A DNA stretch of 64,000 nt. Origin: Magallana gigas (lineage: Eukaryota). The notes under the pieces are model-generated. The model was given only the letters and a program-made list of their open reading frames with translations, did no database searches and was not told the DNA's origin. The stretch spans positions 30,938,001-31,002,000 of the forward strand of contig NC_088854.1 in NCBI RefSeq assembly GCF_963853765.1, read 5' to 3'. How positions within the stretch are numbered: position 1 is the first letter of the stretch; each line of letters starts with the position of its first letter. The translations under genes and the position numbers were made by a program. Shown piece after piece: positions 24,680 through 36,849 of the stretch.

Positions 24680-26169
24680 ATGGCGGATTTTTCGAAGTGG
24701 GCGCAGAAACACCTGTCAAGAGTTGGAGAGGACTTCGAGGAAGTAGACAAAGATAAGAGTGGATCTCTGGACTTCTTCGAGGTCTATAATGTGTTGCAGA
24801 AGTCCGGCTTTAAAGGCACGCTGGAAGAGGCAAAGGTGAGAAGAATTTGGTTTATTACCACTCCCTCGAAAATTTTCCAGGAATTTGTACATTCCGTGTA
24901 AGTTTTTCAACCTTTTAAATGCGGATTTTCAATATTTGTTCTTTTTAATTATATTTCAGAGAATTTTCCAATCGTTAGATGTAGACAAGAATGAGAAAAT
25001 ATCAAAAGATGAATATGTGAAATCTATGGCTAAAGTTCCAAAAATAGACTTCAAGTGGGTATAGTACTTTTTTTTTAAATTTCAGTGTACATATTAAAAT
25101 ATTTTTTAAATGATTTACATTTCCATGAAAGCAAAAGATATTGCTAGGCAGTATCTAGCTGCAGACTATAGTTTCTACGACGAATCGACACTCTGTATCT
25201 GTTGCTCATCACTTTCTTTGTGAGCGGGGCACTTATTGTGCATCAATGTACAGATTTTGGCATTTTCCGTTGTTTAGTAATCAAGGAATACTAAAGCTAT
25301 TTCATTCATCACATGAGCAGATCCGTGTGCAACGTCGGCAACATTGTGCCGTTTTTTTGTGATTCATCGCAAATAGCATACATCTATTTGTAAAGAATAT
25401 ACCACATTTACAATAAATTTCAAAGAAAATAACTGTCGCATTTTCTACGTAGATGAAAACGCCAGGAAGTACTTTATGTGTGCAATATACATGTATAACC
25501 AATAAATTTTAATTATCTATGCATAACCTGAATGGTTTTGGGTTTTTTTTTTATTTCAAAGAGAACACTACACAGCCTAAGAACATTTTTTCCTTGCAGA
25601 CAAATCGTTTTGAGGCGAGCCTTCAATAAGCTAGATAAAGACGGAAGTGGTTTTCTGACACGTGACGAGATTTTGGACGCGGCCAGTAACGAGGCTGAGC
25701 TTGACGCGTCTGCCGAGAACATCTCGGACCTGCTCATCTATCTCGTGACAGACGACGACAAAAAGGTCGACTTCCCCTACTGTGCAGATAAACATGAAAT
25801 TTATTTTTAAAAACACATTTTATTTGGCTACTGTAGTATATTAAGCAAATTGCTATTTCACATTACAGCTGTTCCTTTCTGCTATAGTTATTTATAAATC
25901 AAATCGTTCCCTTACAGATTGATTACGAAGAGTTTTTGAAAATTTGGAACGTCAAATCCACAAGTTCCGCCATGCGCACTCTGTTTCAAAAGCTGGATAC
26001 AGACGGAAGCGGGAAAGTGGACCGGAAAGAGCTCTTAGACGGTCTGCAGGGGGACAGCGAGCTTCACTTACAGGCGCCCAAGATCTCTGAAATACTAATT
26101 AAATGGAGCAAAAACCATACGGGACCTTTGTCATATGAGGAATTTCTCAAAGCATATGAAAGCGTTTGA
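24680..26169 (+). CDS. EF-hand calcium-binding protein with six EF-hand-like motifs, 4 coding exons, 222 aa
   Basis: Exons 24680-24835, 24960-25054, 25600-25765 and 25918-26169 are in frame with GT-AG sites. Canonical loops are DKDKSGSLDFFE, DVDKNEKISKDE, DKDGSGFLTRDE and DTDGSGKVDRKE. Two loops are degenerate (VTDDDKKIDYEE, SKNHTGPLSYEE). Confidence 0.9.
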
Positions 26170-26531
26170 TTTCCTGTAAGGACTCATTGGGAGACATCTT
26201 GAGAAGAGACACTCAATACAAAGTCAATGTTGTTTTATTTTTTAATTCAATGCTACAGTGGTACTAGTATTAATATTCGTTGTTTATATATTTATACAAT
26301 GTATAAAATCGTAACACATGGTTACATACAATTTTATATTTTCAACCAAAGTAATAAAATGGCTTTCGAATAAAATCTTATGTTATATTGTATAAACATT
26401 GTACGAATGTGTACGATTTATATTTTGTTCATTTGTGATAGCTTTAATTAAAACATTTAGTTTGTGCCATTTAAAAAATATTTTTAAATCAAAAAAATAA
26501 ATTCATTAAGATATCCAAATTTGGATCAATT

Positions 26532-27200
26532 TTACACCAAATAACTAAACGTACTTTGAAAACTTCCGCTATCCGACTCTTCCGTACAGTCGCCCATTGT
26601 ATTCATGTCTATTCTTATTTCAGTTGAAATCTCGATGCTATCCCTGATATCTTCTATTTTTTCGTCGTTATCCATTAAAACTCTTTCCTCTAATTGAGAA
26701 TTGAATCGTAGTCGTCTATCTAAATATGGCTCCGATTGCGCTCGAGTCGATTTCAAACGCGCGAAAACACGTGGTAGGCTTTTCAGACGTTTCAGAGGGG
26801 GCCTTCTTGTCTTCCGGACCGTGTTAGCCTCGCTTTCCCGCGATAGCATAACCGGAAGTGCCATCATATTTGCTAAGCCTCTTCCTAGCGCACTTCCGGT
26901 GTCTCTGTTGTTTAGGGATTTCCATTCTACGTCCATGCTCTCTAGCGTCTTATACACAGCACTGAGGTCTCGCTCTTTTGTAAACTTTCTTCTCGTTTTT
27001 TCGATGTCGCGTAGGAAATAGTTCACTTGTTTGTCTTCCTCATCGTGATTATTAGAGAGTCCGCGAAAAAATCCCAGAATCAGGACTCCAAAAACAGCGC
27101 CCCCGTACACCATCACCACAGACACCGTAAACTCCATGGCGCCCTGTGCATCTGCGTGTCTGTCATAAACATTTTGCGTTGTGTTTGTCACATTCTCCAT
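26532..27200 (-). CDS. Uncharacterised single-exon single-pass membrane protein, 222 aa (possibly KCNE-like)
   Basis: A 669-bp ATG-to-stop ORF in AT-rich DNA. N-terminal sequons NVT and NTT, no signal peptide, one TM segment (FTVSVVMVYGGAVFGVLILGFF) and a long charged cytoplasmic tail. Confidence 0.8.
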   Translation of the reverse strand: MENVTNTTQNVYDRHADAQGAMEFTVSVVMVYGGAVFGVLILGFFRGLSNNHDEEDKQVNYFLRDIEKTRRKFTKERDLSAVYKTLESMDVEWKSLNNRDTGSALGRGLANMMALPVMLSRESEANTVRKTRRPPLKRLKSLPRVFARLKSTRAQSEPYLDRRLRFNSQLEERVLMDNDEKIEDIRDSIEISTEIRIDMNTMGDCTEESDSGSFQSTFSYLV

Positions 27201-28827
27201 GTCAGAAAAAAACCTCTCTTCAGCCTTAAAGTTCCATTTCTTCTTGTATTTCAGGACTTCAGTTCCTATTGTTTGAGGAATGAACCGGTCCTTATGAGGG
27301 TCGCGGCTCAGTAATTTTTTTTAATTACAAACGCCGCCTTGTGTGTCTTTTAAGTGTTAAATGAAATACATTATTCATCCGCAAGTAATATTTTGGGCAA
27401 AATGAAACTTAACTACAAAGTCCAGAATGTACAAATCGGAACCTCCATTGCAAAACACAATTTGTTCTCCTTCAGATAAACCTTGTGTAGGATTTCGGGT
27501 TTATTTTTGATACGTGACGGAAAAATAGCCAGCTACTTTGTTAAAGTTCATTAGTTTTTATAAATACCTCGTAGAGTTAATCTCGGAGAATGAATAGGCA
27601 GTGTTCCATAACTGTGAAATTTAAAGAATGAACTTGCATAAACATGTAAACTTCCATAATAAGAGGGTTAAAATGCGGAGGTAATTGGTGACCATATGCA
27701 TGAAATTTGAATTTCATCTCGCATAAGTAATGTAAGGCACAAAATATCATAGCAAGCATCGTTAAGTTCTGTTTCTTATGCCAGTGTTTAAAAAACAGTC
27801 ATTTAAATTCCAGTACATTGTCGATAAATTTGATGATATTGTGCGCATCCAATTGCAAACGCATAAAAAATATGTGTGAAATGGGGGGGGGGGGGCAAAA
27901 AAGTCTTTGGGTGTGGAGGGTGTCCTGAATTTTATTGCTAATCAGGAGCAAGTTTTTTAGAAATAATTTGTAGATATATTAGAAGCATGGGTGTTTTTGT
28001 TTTTGTTTTTTTTTTTAAATGTTATAATAATGAAAAATAAGTGAATGACTTCTGTTACTTCTTATAGGCCGCAGAGTTAGCGATCGTTTTCAAAAATGAA
28101 TTTGATTTGCTATAGAATATTTTCTAAATGCGAGAAGCTGTGCACTCTCAGATGACACGCAGCTCTTTACAATGTACATACTGAATTCAGAGCTCTAATT
28201 TCATTGCACTTTAAGAAGGCTGGATGGTCGTGGCCATTTTTAGACTGTATTGATCTCCTTTTAAAAAAGAGCTCTATATAAAAATATAGGAAGAAACACA
28301 ATTTTAAATTTCTTCTTTGGTTAATGATAGTTTATAGATAAACACATCATATCCTAAAAGTTAAAGTATATCAGATGATTGATCTGTTGACCGCTGAGCA
28401 TCCTTAAGTTGATGCAGACACATAATATTAATTAAAGTAATTTGATACTTTTTTCAAAATGTTTGCCTTTTTATAGGTCTAGTAAGAAACATGAATTTAT
28501 GTTGATAAGTAATCAATACTTCGGTACTCCGTTGTCGATGAACGTTTTCCCAGGTTGGAATATAAAAGGTACGAGTCATTACGAATCCGTATGTAAACCA
28601 CAACCTTTACATGTGGATAGATTTCATAAACCAACAACCAAGAAATTCGTGTATAGAATTACGTCCTCAATTTAAAAAAAAAAATAGATATCCTAATCTA
28701 TATTATAAAATCTGGAGTACGAGCTCGAGAAGTCCGTTGGTACATGTTTGGAAAGTGACACTATACATGTGCATGTATATCATACATATACATACCCAAG
28801 TCATATGAATTATACTGAATACGCACA

Positions 28828-29024
28828 CAGGAGTTCGAATCCGCCTGGGGCTTTTGTTCATATTTATTAATTACATAGTTGAATCATGATTATTTATACA
28901 AATTTTCATTTATTTTTTCGCCTTTTTGATTTCTTACTTCTTATGCATTATTTTATCTATCACAATTAAGTACTTTTTTGGTGATTTGAGAACCTTTTTC
29001 ACAGTGTTGCTGTAGTGTGCCACC
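28828..29024. mobile_element. Partial Kolobok-like repeat carrying a tRNA-type B-box
   Basis: GAGTTCGAATCC at 28831-28842 and a right end GTAGTGTGCCACC|TTAA at 29024. The left TIR was not found. Confidence 0.45.
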
Positions 29025-29449
29025 TTAATTCTAAAAATAATGAAAAAGTTTTGTTAATCGCTTAAACACAGTACAAACAATTAAGGTACACAAACCCCTT
29101 GATAAGGGAAATAACTCTCATTAGGATAATCACTTTAAATACATGTATTGTTATAATGGATGAAAAAATTCACGATTTTTGTAAAATATAGCTATTCGAT
29201 TTATAGAATTGTATGTGTGTCAATTTTTAATTAGTTGAAATTTCCTTTCGAATAATTACTATCACTTGGGCAAACTAAGTGCTTAGGTTTGGATAATGAA
29301 CTTAATATCACGAATTTGGTAATAATTGAACAACAAATAGGTCATATTATCAGCGAAGCACGATTGTCGTGTGTCTTATCGTGTGTTTCACCTTTCTATA
29401 AACTACCCTCCATTTATCTCCATTTTACAAGTTTATTTCCAGAAACATC

Positions 29450-31322
29450 ATGAAAGGATTTCTGATATTTTTCGCGGTTATTGGGGTTTTGGGTAAGTGA
29501 AATGTTTATCAAAATCTTTTTTTTTTAATTTTTGGGGGAGAAAAATCTTTTTTTTTTCTTTTAGAGAAAATGAGGTTAGGTTAATTAAAAATTGACTTTT
29601 CTCCTGCAAATAAAGAAAACATTTAGAGAACATACATGTACTATAATGTGTATGCACAGTGTAAAAGAATGCAATCAGTTGAACGTATTTTTACCAGTGT
29701 TCTTTACAAATACATAAACAGGGGCGAACGACATTTTCAACATAGCCAAGTTAAGTCATGTTTTTTCCGTTTGATTATTGAATTTTGCTTCTGTGTTTAG
29801 CGTTCTAACTTAAAAAGAAAAACAATGGATAGATAATTACTATAGATCGAGCTATAATGTATAGATAAGTATGGTTGATATGTTATAGCACTGGCCATTG
29901 CTGAGAGATGTAGTCACGTGGAGACCTGTAAGTTAACTCTGTGTCCAAATAACTCAACTCACCTGTCCTGTCATAATGGCCGATGTACCTGTGACGCCGT
30001 CCAATGTAAGTGAAGGAACGAACGAACGAATGAATGAAAGAACGAATGAAAGAAAGGACGATCTCGAATGAACGAATGAATGAACGAACGAAAAAACGAA
30101 TGTATGAATAATTGAATGAATGAATGAACGAACGAACGAATGAATAATTGATTAGTTAGTTGCACTGATATTTAAGATCGTCTACTTCACCGATCCATTT
30201 CATTTTATTTCATAAAAACATATAATTCGTGTGCCTGAGGTTCAATATACAAAACATGTGCATACACACTTACTATATTATAATCATTTAGATTTTTATT
30301 TGAGCATAAGATAGCCAAAACCAAAACAAGAACAAAGTGGTATTTTTTAAATACGTAGATAAGCAAAGTTCATGTAAAAAGGTCAGGAATACACAAAAAA
30401 AATTTATTCATGGCACTCTAATTCACATGTAAATCATGATGTAACTGAAATGAATAGTTAGGATTATCGACTGTAAAACAATTAAGGATTATAGATGATA
30501 ACTATAGTTAACTCTAATCTATAGTAAACATAAACTATCAGTAGCCATAGTTAAGGCGTTAATCTGTTCCATAACAGCAAACAATCGCGATTGCAAAAAA
30601 ATTATTCGTAGTTTTACGATTTGTAAACTACGGATTACAGTTGTTAACTAAAATAAACCAGAAATGTAAAGTTAAGTTTACGGTTTGTAAACAATTATTG
30701 CAGATATTTGAGGCATCGAATTCAGAAATCGAAATTATGTAAATCACGTTATCGGATATTTAGTCTAATAAACACAAGTGTGAAATAAAGTTTATGATGA
30801 TTTTTGACAAATGTAAATTTTGAGTAGAAATTATAATTTACGTTTGTTTAATAAACATGTTTAAACTAAGTGAAAGCTATACAATTTACAACCGAAATCC
30901 GTGATCAACGAATGCTCTTTATACAATATGTACTTATTTTTTTTTTTTTTTACATATGTGAATCTATTGATCGCGGGTTATACAGACTGAAGAAATATTA
31001 ACATAGTTGATAACTGTTAACAAGCTCGTTTTTATTAATTGGCTTGTCTTTTTCTTTGCTCAGGCTACATAATGTAATCATTGATCAACAATAAAACAAT
31101 AAGTGATTGTTTGCAAAACAAACATGAAGAAATTTTATTTCAGTCACCATAGACTTATATCTTATATCTTGACGAAATTTTTTCCTTTCTTTTTCTTCTT
31201 ATTTTGTAGCATGCCAGGATATAATTGACTGCGCTGCAATAGGCCGTTGCCATGACAACAATATGCACTACCACTGCGTGGACTTTGTTTGTAAATGTCT
31301 CCCAGACTACATCGGGAAATAA
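29450..31322 (+). CDS. Secreted 12-Cys serine protease inhibitor, cvSI-1/cvSI-2-like (MEROPS I84), 90 aa
   Basis: Exons 29450-29492, 29889-30005 and 31210-31322 (phase 1 introns) give MKGFLIFFAVIGVLALAIAERCSHVETCKLTLCPNNSTHLSCHNGRCTCDAVQSCQDIIDCAAIGRCHDNNMHYHCVDFVCKCLPDYIGK. This is a signal peptide plus two C-x5-C-x4/5-C-x8-C-x4-C-x-C modules. Confidence 0.8.
30015..30145. repeat. (GAAC/GAAT)n tetranucleotide microsatellite
   Basis: Imperfect GAAY repeats at the start of intron 2 of the inhibitor gene. Confidence 0.9.
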
Positions 31323-31590
31323 ATGTTCAAAAGTTAATCATGTCTGACTTTTGTCAAACTATGCGAAAAATATCAAATCCATTACAGGAGAACCCTAAAA
31401 AATATTGTAAAATACTCCTACTTGAGCCTTATAAGAATATAACTATGGAATATGTTACATTTTTTACTCTGAAAAACTAGATTGGCAAAGAGATTTCCTC
31501 AAGATTAAATGAGAATGCCCATAGCAGACCTACCTATCATTAATTAATCAACTTTTGGAACACCAAAATAATATTTTATAAAGTGTGCAG

Positions 31591-32309
31591 CAGGCTTGGG
31601 GTAATGCTAAATGTAATGGTAATGCATTGCAATGCATTACATGTTTTCAAAGTAATGCTAGTAATGTATAATGCCTCAAAATTAGCATTACAAGTAATGC
31701 TAATGTAATGCATTACTTTCCAAAATCTAGTGTTACATGGCATTACTTTGCATTACTTTGCATGTTTATGCATGTTTATGCATGTTTATGCATGTTCACT
31801 TTAAAAAATGTAATGAATAATTGAATAGTTGAAATTGAATTTGATTAAATTTATTTCTAAAGAAGAAAGAAATAATTCTAATTGAGAAAAAAAATGTTTT
31901 AATTGTACATGTTTTGTTATAAAAAAGGTTTTTTAAAATTCATTTTTGAATTGTTTATATTACTAAAGATAACAGCACAATTTCATAACATTTTTAAGAG
32001 TGTTGTTATCAAGAGTTTTTAATCATTTAAACAATTTACTCCAATTAGTTTGCACTTCAATAAGAAATGTTTCAACAACACACTATGCCCCCGGGATAAT
32101 CTAAGTATCAAAACAATCTATTGTTATAAGAAGTGCTAAACACCCCAATCCCCTTCCCTTCGCTATGTCACAATAGAATAGGAGACAGACATGCACCTTT
32201 AAAAGCAAAATGAATGCACTGTCCATCCATGATGAAAATCAATATCACTTCCAATATTATAACCTATTTGAAAATAATCTTTCTTATTTTCTCTCTCTGT
32301 CTCTGTCTT

Positions 32310-32349
<40 letters not shown>

Positions 32350-33171
32350 ATATTAATTACACTGTACATTAGTTTGGACTGATAGAAAATACAAAATTTA
32401 TGTATTTAATTTATTATTGCACGTAATATATCCTAAGATAAAGATCGTCAAACAGTATTTTCCAGTCCAAGCGTTGAATGCTCCTGCAAAACATTTATTC
32501 AGTATAGCCCGGAAGGTGGATGCATTTAAAAGATGAACCCTTTGAAACTTCGATCATAAAGTGCAACAGCAATCTTTTGTCTTTAAGTGTACTCCGTAAA
32601 AAGAAATACGATTAAAATATATTAAGAAATATAACTGGGAAAAATCATCTGTTTATAAATTAATAAAATTAAGTGTCCAAAATTATAAAGATTTGTGTAA
32701 TCTGGGGATATATCTATATTTAACATTAAAAAACCGCAACATTATTTCATAAATTGTTTTTTGTTACGCATGTTATCCTGTGTCTCTATTTCATATCTGA
32801 CATTGTATCATGCCAAATGTCTATAAATACCATTTTACTTATGTAATATGTTGTTCATATTGCCACAATATGATTATATATTGAGCAAATAAAATATGAC
32901 TCTTGTTTATTCATTGAATTTGAACCTGATACTGAGCATGAAACTGTAGATATTTTAGAGAATGTTGTATATTTATAACATTTGCAAAAACTCTTTATTA
33001 GCTTTACTTTAAAAAAAAAAGTAATGGTAATGCATTACTTTACTCATGTAATGGTAATGTAATGCATTACTTCAAGAAAATCAAGTAATGGTAATGGTAA
33101 TTTAATGCCCAAATTCATGAAGTAATGGTAATGTAATGCATTACTTTACAATGTAATTCGCCCCAAGCCTG
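31591..33171. mobile_element. Non-autonomous hAT-type DNA transposon
   Basis: 11-bp TIR CAGGCTTGGGG ... CCCCAAGCCTG. 8-bp TSD GTGTGCAG at 31583-31590 and 33172-33179. Subterminal GTAATG/CATTAC arrays at both ends and no transposase ORF. Confidence 0.88.
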
Positions 33172-34261
33172 GTGTGCAGTAGTCTTCCAATATTTCAATA
33201 TTTGTCATATCTGTCTGTAGCTCTCGGTCTGAAAAAAAAAAGACGACCTATATCCATTTCCCCATGTCCGAAGATACAGACCTGCAACTAGTTTTGTGTC
33301 TATCTGTACTTCCATTGGAAGTAACTAAATGTTTGATCTTTCACATTAATTTTTCACACGCTTAATCAACCCTTGTATGTCATAAAGTAGACTTTTATAT
33401 AGTACAGAGTTTTTACCTAAAATCCCAAGTAACAATAGTACCCTAACTTCACAACACAGTCATTCAACACCACGTTCTAACTTCTTTATTTTCAAATGTT
33501 TACATCAGTCATCACTGTGAACAGTCCAATACTTTTAATACTTAAACCAATGTTTTACCACAGATTTAAGTTGTGATACTTCATTCGTAACTTTTTTCAC
33601 ATGATAATACAAAATACATCATATTTTAAACAGACATATATCTCAGTCTTGTTATTTTCATTACAAAACACCAAACGAAAGTATGCTTTATCAATTATTT
33701 TACAGCAGTTAAATCAATCACCTCTTTAAAATCAAATGTTTAACGATAAAATTTGACCAAAAATTATCAAATGAGGTACTTTTGAGTAGTTCTTTCAAAA
33801 TATGATTTTTTAGTCATAAACTAAGAAATACATCTCATATTTGTCTCTTTTTCAATAAATATCTGTACAAATTCCCCGAAAAATATCTTTGTACAAGAAG
33901 GCAATTCACATTAAATGAAATATCCTAGTTATTTATTTAAACATTTACTTTTATCAAAACACAAGAAACTGGTACATATACAGTCATTCATATTGTTTGT
34001 CAGTGCTTCTTAACATATGACGAGACACTTTCCAACATAAATTTGATAAATAAATGCAATTTGCTTCTTTTATAATCAAAATAGAATTTCCTAGAGTAAC
34101 ATGACCAAAAACATTATCTCAGTCAAAATACCAAAGCCAGATCTCTGCAATATTCCATTAATTATTTTTTTTTTTTTCATCACAATCACAACAATTTTTC
34201 CTAATCTTGGCCGTTTTGGAAAGTTTTTTTGAGGTTTAATCTTGGGAGGGGTACATATACT

Positions 34262-36798
34262 CTAATCGTCCACTAAATCTAGAGTTTCCAACTCGTCCTC
34301 TACATCATCAATGTCATCACCACCGAATAAATCCTCGTCGATCTCGATCTCTGCACCATTAACAGTGGCGGCCATTGCAGCCGCTATTGCGGCATCCGTT
34401 TCCGTTGTGGATGGTTCTTTCGGAGGTAATGCAGCTGCTTCGTCCAGTTTCTTAGCTTCATCTGTTCATAAAAGCAAACAATGAAATAATCCATTTAATA
34501 TGCCTGTTTGAACCCATAAAGTAATGCTCTTGACAATGCATGTACCAGAATTAGGTAATCTTTCTTTCCGTTTTCAAATAAAACCTGTTTTGTATGCATT
34601 TAAATACATTCACTTGCAAGCCATGAACCAAAGCTTGTAGACTGGAAAATCAATTCAATAGACTGGAAAATCAATTCAATAAACAATGTAGCTTTTGTCA
34701 CCAAAGTTAGAGTCTTACTGACCGATAAACCCCATCTACATACTGCTACAGCATTTTGTGTATTGCATGATTTTTGATTGACAACTCCTTTCCGTTACAG
34801 ATTAGAGTTTTGATGCATTATCTCAATAAAGGTCTTGACCTCACCTGTTTCATTTGAGCCTGCAGATGAAGGCTCACCTCCGCCCCTGGAGTTGACCTCA
34901 AATTGTCGTTCTGTTGCCACCGTCCCCGATCCATCAGACTCCCGGGCCGTTGACATAATATAGTCCAGGTTAATATCAACCACCTTTCGGCCACTCTCAT
35001 CCTTGAAATAAAGAAATAATATAGAGCATTTAAATTTTTTCACAAGACAGTGACCTAAAACATCTAACTTCTGAAAATTATAATTCATTAACTCCATACA
35101 GCACCATACGAAATTCCATAACTGACTTTTTTTTTAATTAAACACCAAAGCAACCAAGTATTTATTTCATTTAAAACAAAAAAACAATTATACAAGCATC
35201 CAGAAGTAGGTACAATTACACACATTTGAAAATGTGATTTTTGTAACCATTCAGCCCTCCCCCTTTCCCTGTGTTTTACCTCATCGTCAGAATCACGCTC
35301 CCGTTCTATGACCCCTTCTGTGGCCTCATCATCATCCTCGCCCACCAGGTCAGGGTTAAACTCAAACATCTCTCTTCCACTGATCTGAAATTCATTATTC
35401 AATTCATTATCCAATGTATTCATTTGGTTGTGCAATGGGATAGAAAACTTGTAATAAAAGAATAATACTGTCCGATATCACCTTCATATAGCATTAGTAT
35501 GATTAGTACTTTTTTCCTTGTATGAAACATTGAATATAGCAAATTTAAGATCAGTGTTTAAAACTGGAGGAAATCTTTCATTATTATCCTTACAAACTAA
35601 AATCAATGCCAACAGAGTTTTCTTATAAGAATTTTGTTATAAAAATATTTTGAAATGTTCACTGAATAAATAACTTGAAGCATATCAATACTTACTCCAA
35701 AAGCCCGGCCGGCTTTGTAATCTGCCTTCTTCTTTTCCTGGGCAGCTTTAGCTTGCTCGATCTTTTCTTTCCTCTGTTCAAAACAAATTTGCACATAAAG
35801 AAACAACAACAAAATCCAGGGCATGCACGTCTTTAATACTCAAACATATCAAGTACAATGTACTTTAATTCATAGTGACCATACACATGTATCAAGCAAA
35901 ATACAACTTGTAAATTGACTAAAAAAAAAAAAAAAAAATTCTTATATTATGGAATTGGGGATGCAGAAAACTCAGTCATTAGGAAAATGTTTTTCTTTGT
36001 ATGAAAAAAGGTTTCAGTTATAAGGAACTAAAAATTGAAGTATCCAGGACTTCCTCGCAGCATTTTGTACAGCAATAATATGGAACAGCTCACCTTTCTC
36101 TCCTTCCATTTCAAAAAAGATTCTAATGTGACTTTTGTTGTTCCACCACCAAGAGCTGCTCTCTGAGATTAAGATAAATCAAAATAGTAAAATACATACA
36201 CAAATAATGAAATTCAAGAAGTAAAACAATTACAATATCATCCGTCTTTTTATATATTCAACTTAAAGTACTTGTTTTTCAACTTTGCATTAAAAAATAA
36301 AAATATCACAAAATGTTTGAGAAAAATACTTTAAAATAAAACCATCAAAGAGGATCATTACTTCTTTCTCTATAAGTTCCTCTATCGTGATTGCGGATGC
36401 CTTATCTTCCTTCTTCTGGTCTTTTTTCAAAACAAAGCCTGTAAAAGAGGAAGAATTATAAAATATCTAAATCAAACAATGCAGGGGGGGGGGGGGGGGG
36501 GGTGTTGCAGGCGGTTTTAATTGATGCTCCATTTAACACAGATCTCTATCATTAACACCGCTCCAATGGACACAGATTGCCATTATAAGCAGTTTTTTTC
36601 ACACAGAGAACCTTGGGATGGAGCAGTACCTGGGGGTAGAGCATGGCGGTAGTGACACTTCTTTCCTCCATTTGGACACTCCCAAAACCAGCCGTATTTA
36701 CTGGACTCCACAGCTTCCAGGAAAAACTTACATATCTGATTAAAAAAAACAAACAAACATTTATTTTTATCTTAAAACATATGGTAATTCATATTGTT

Positions 36799-36849
<51 letters not shown>

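Noticed and set aside
26701-27314. + strand ORFs of 106 and 95 aa
   Set aside because: They are antisense shadows of the 222-aa membrane protein ORF.
28828-28850. tRNA gene
   Set aside because: Only a B-box and T-arm fragment inside a repeat, with no cloverleaf.
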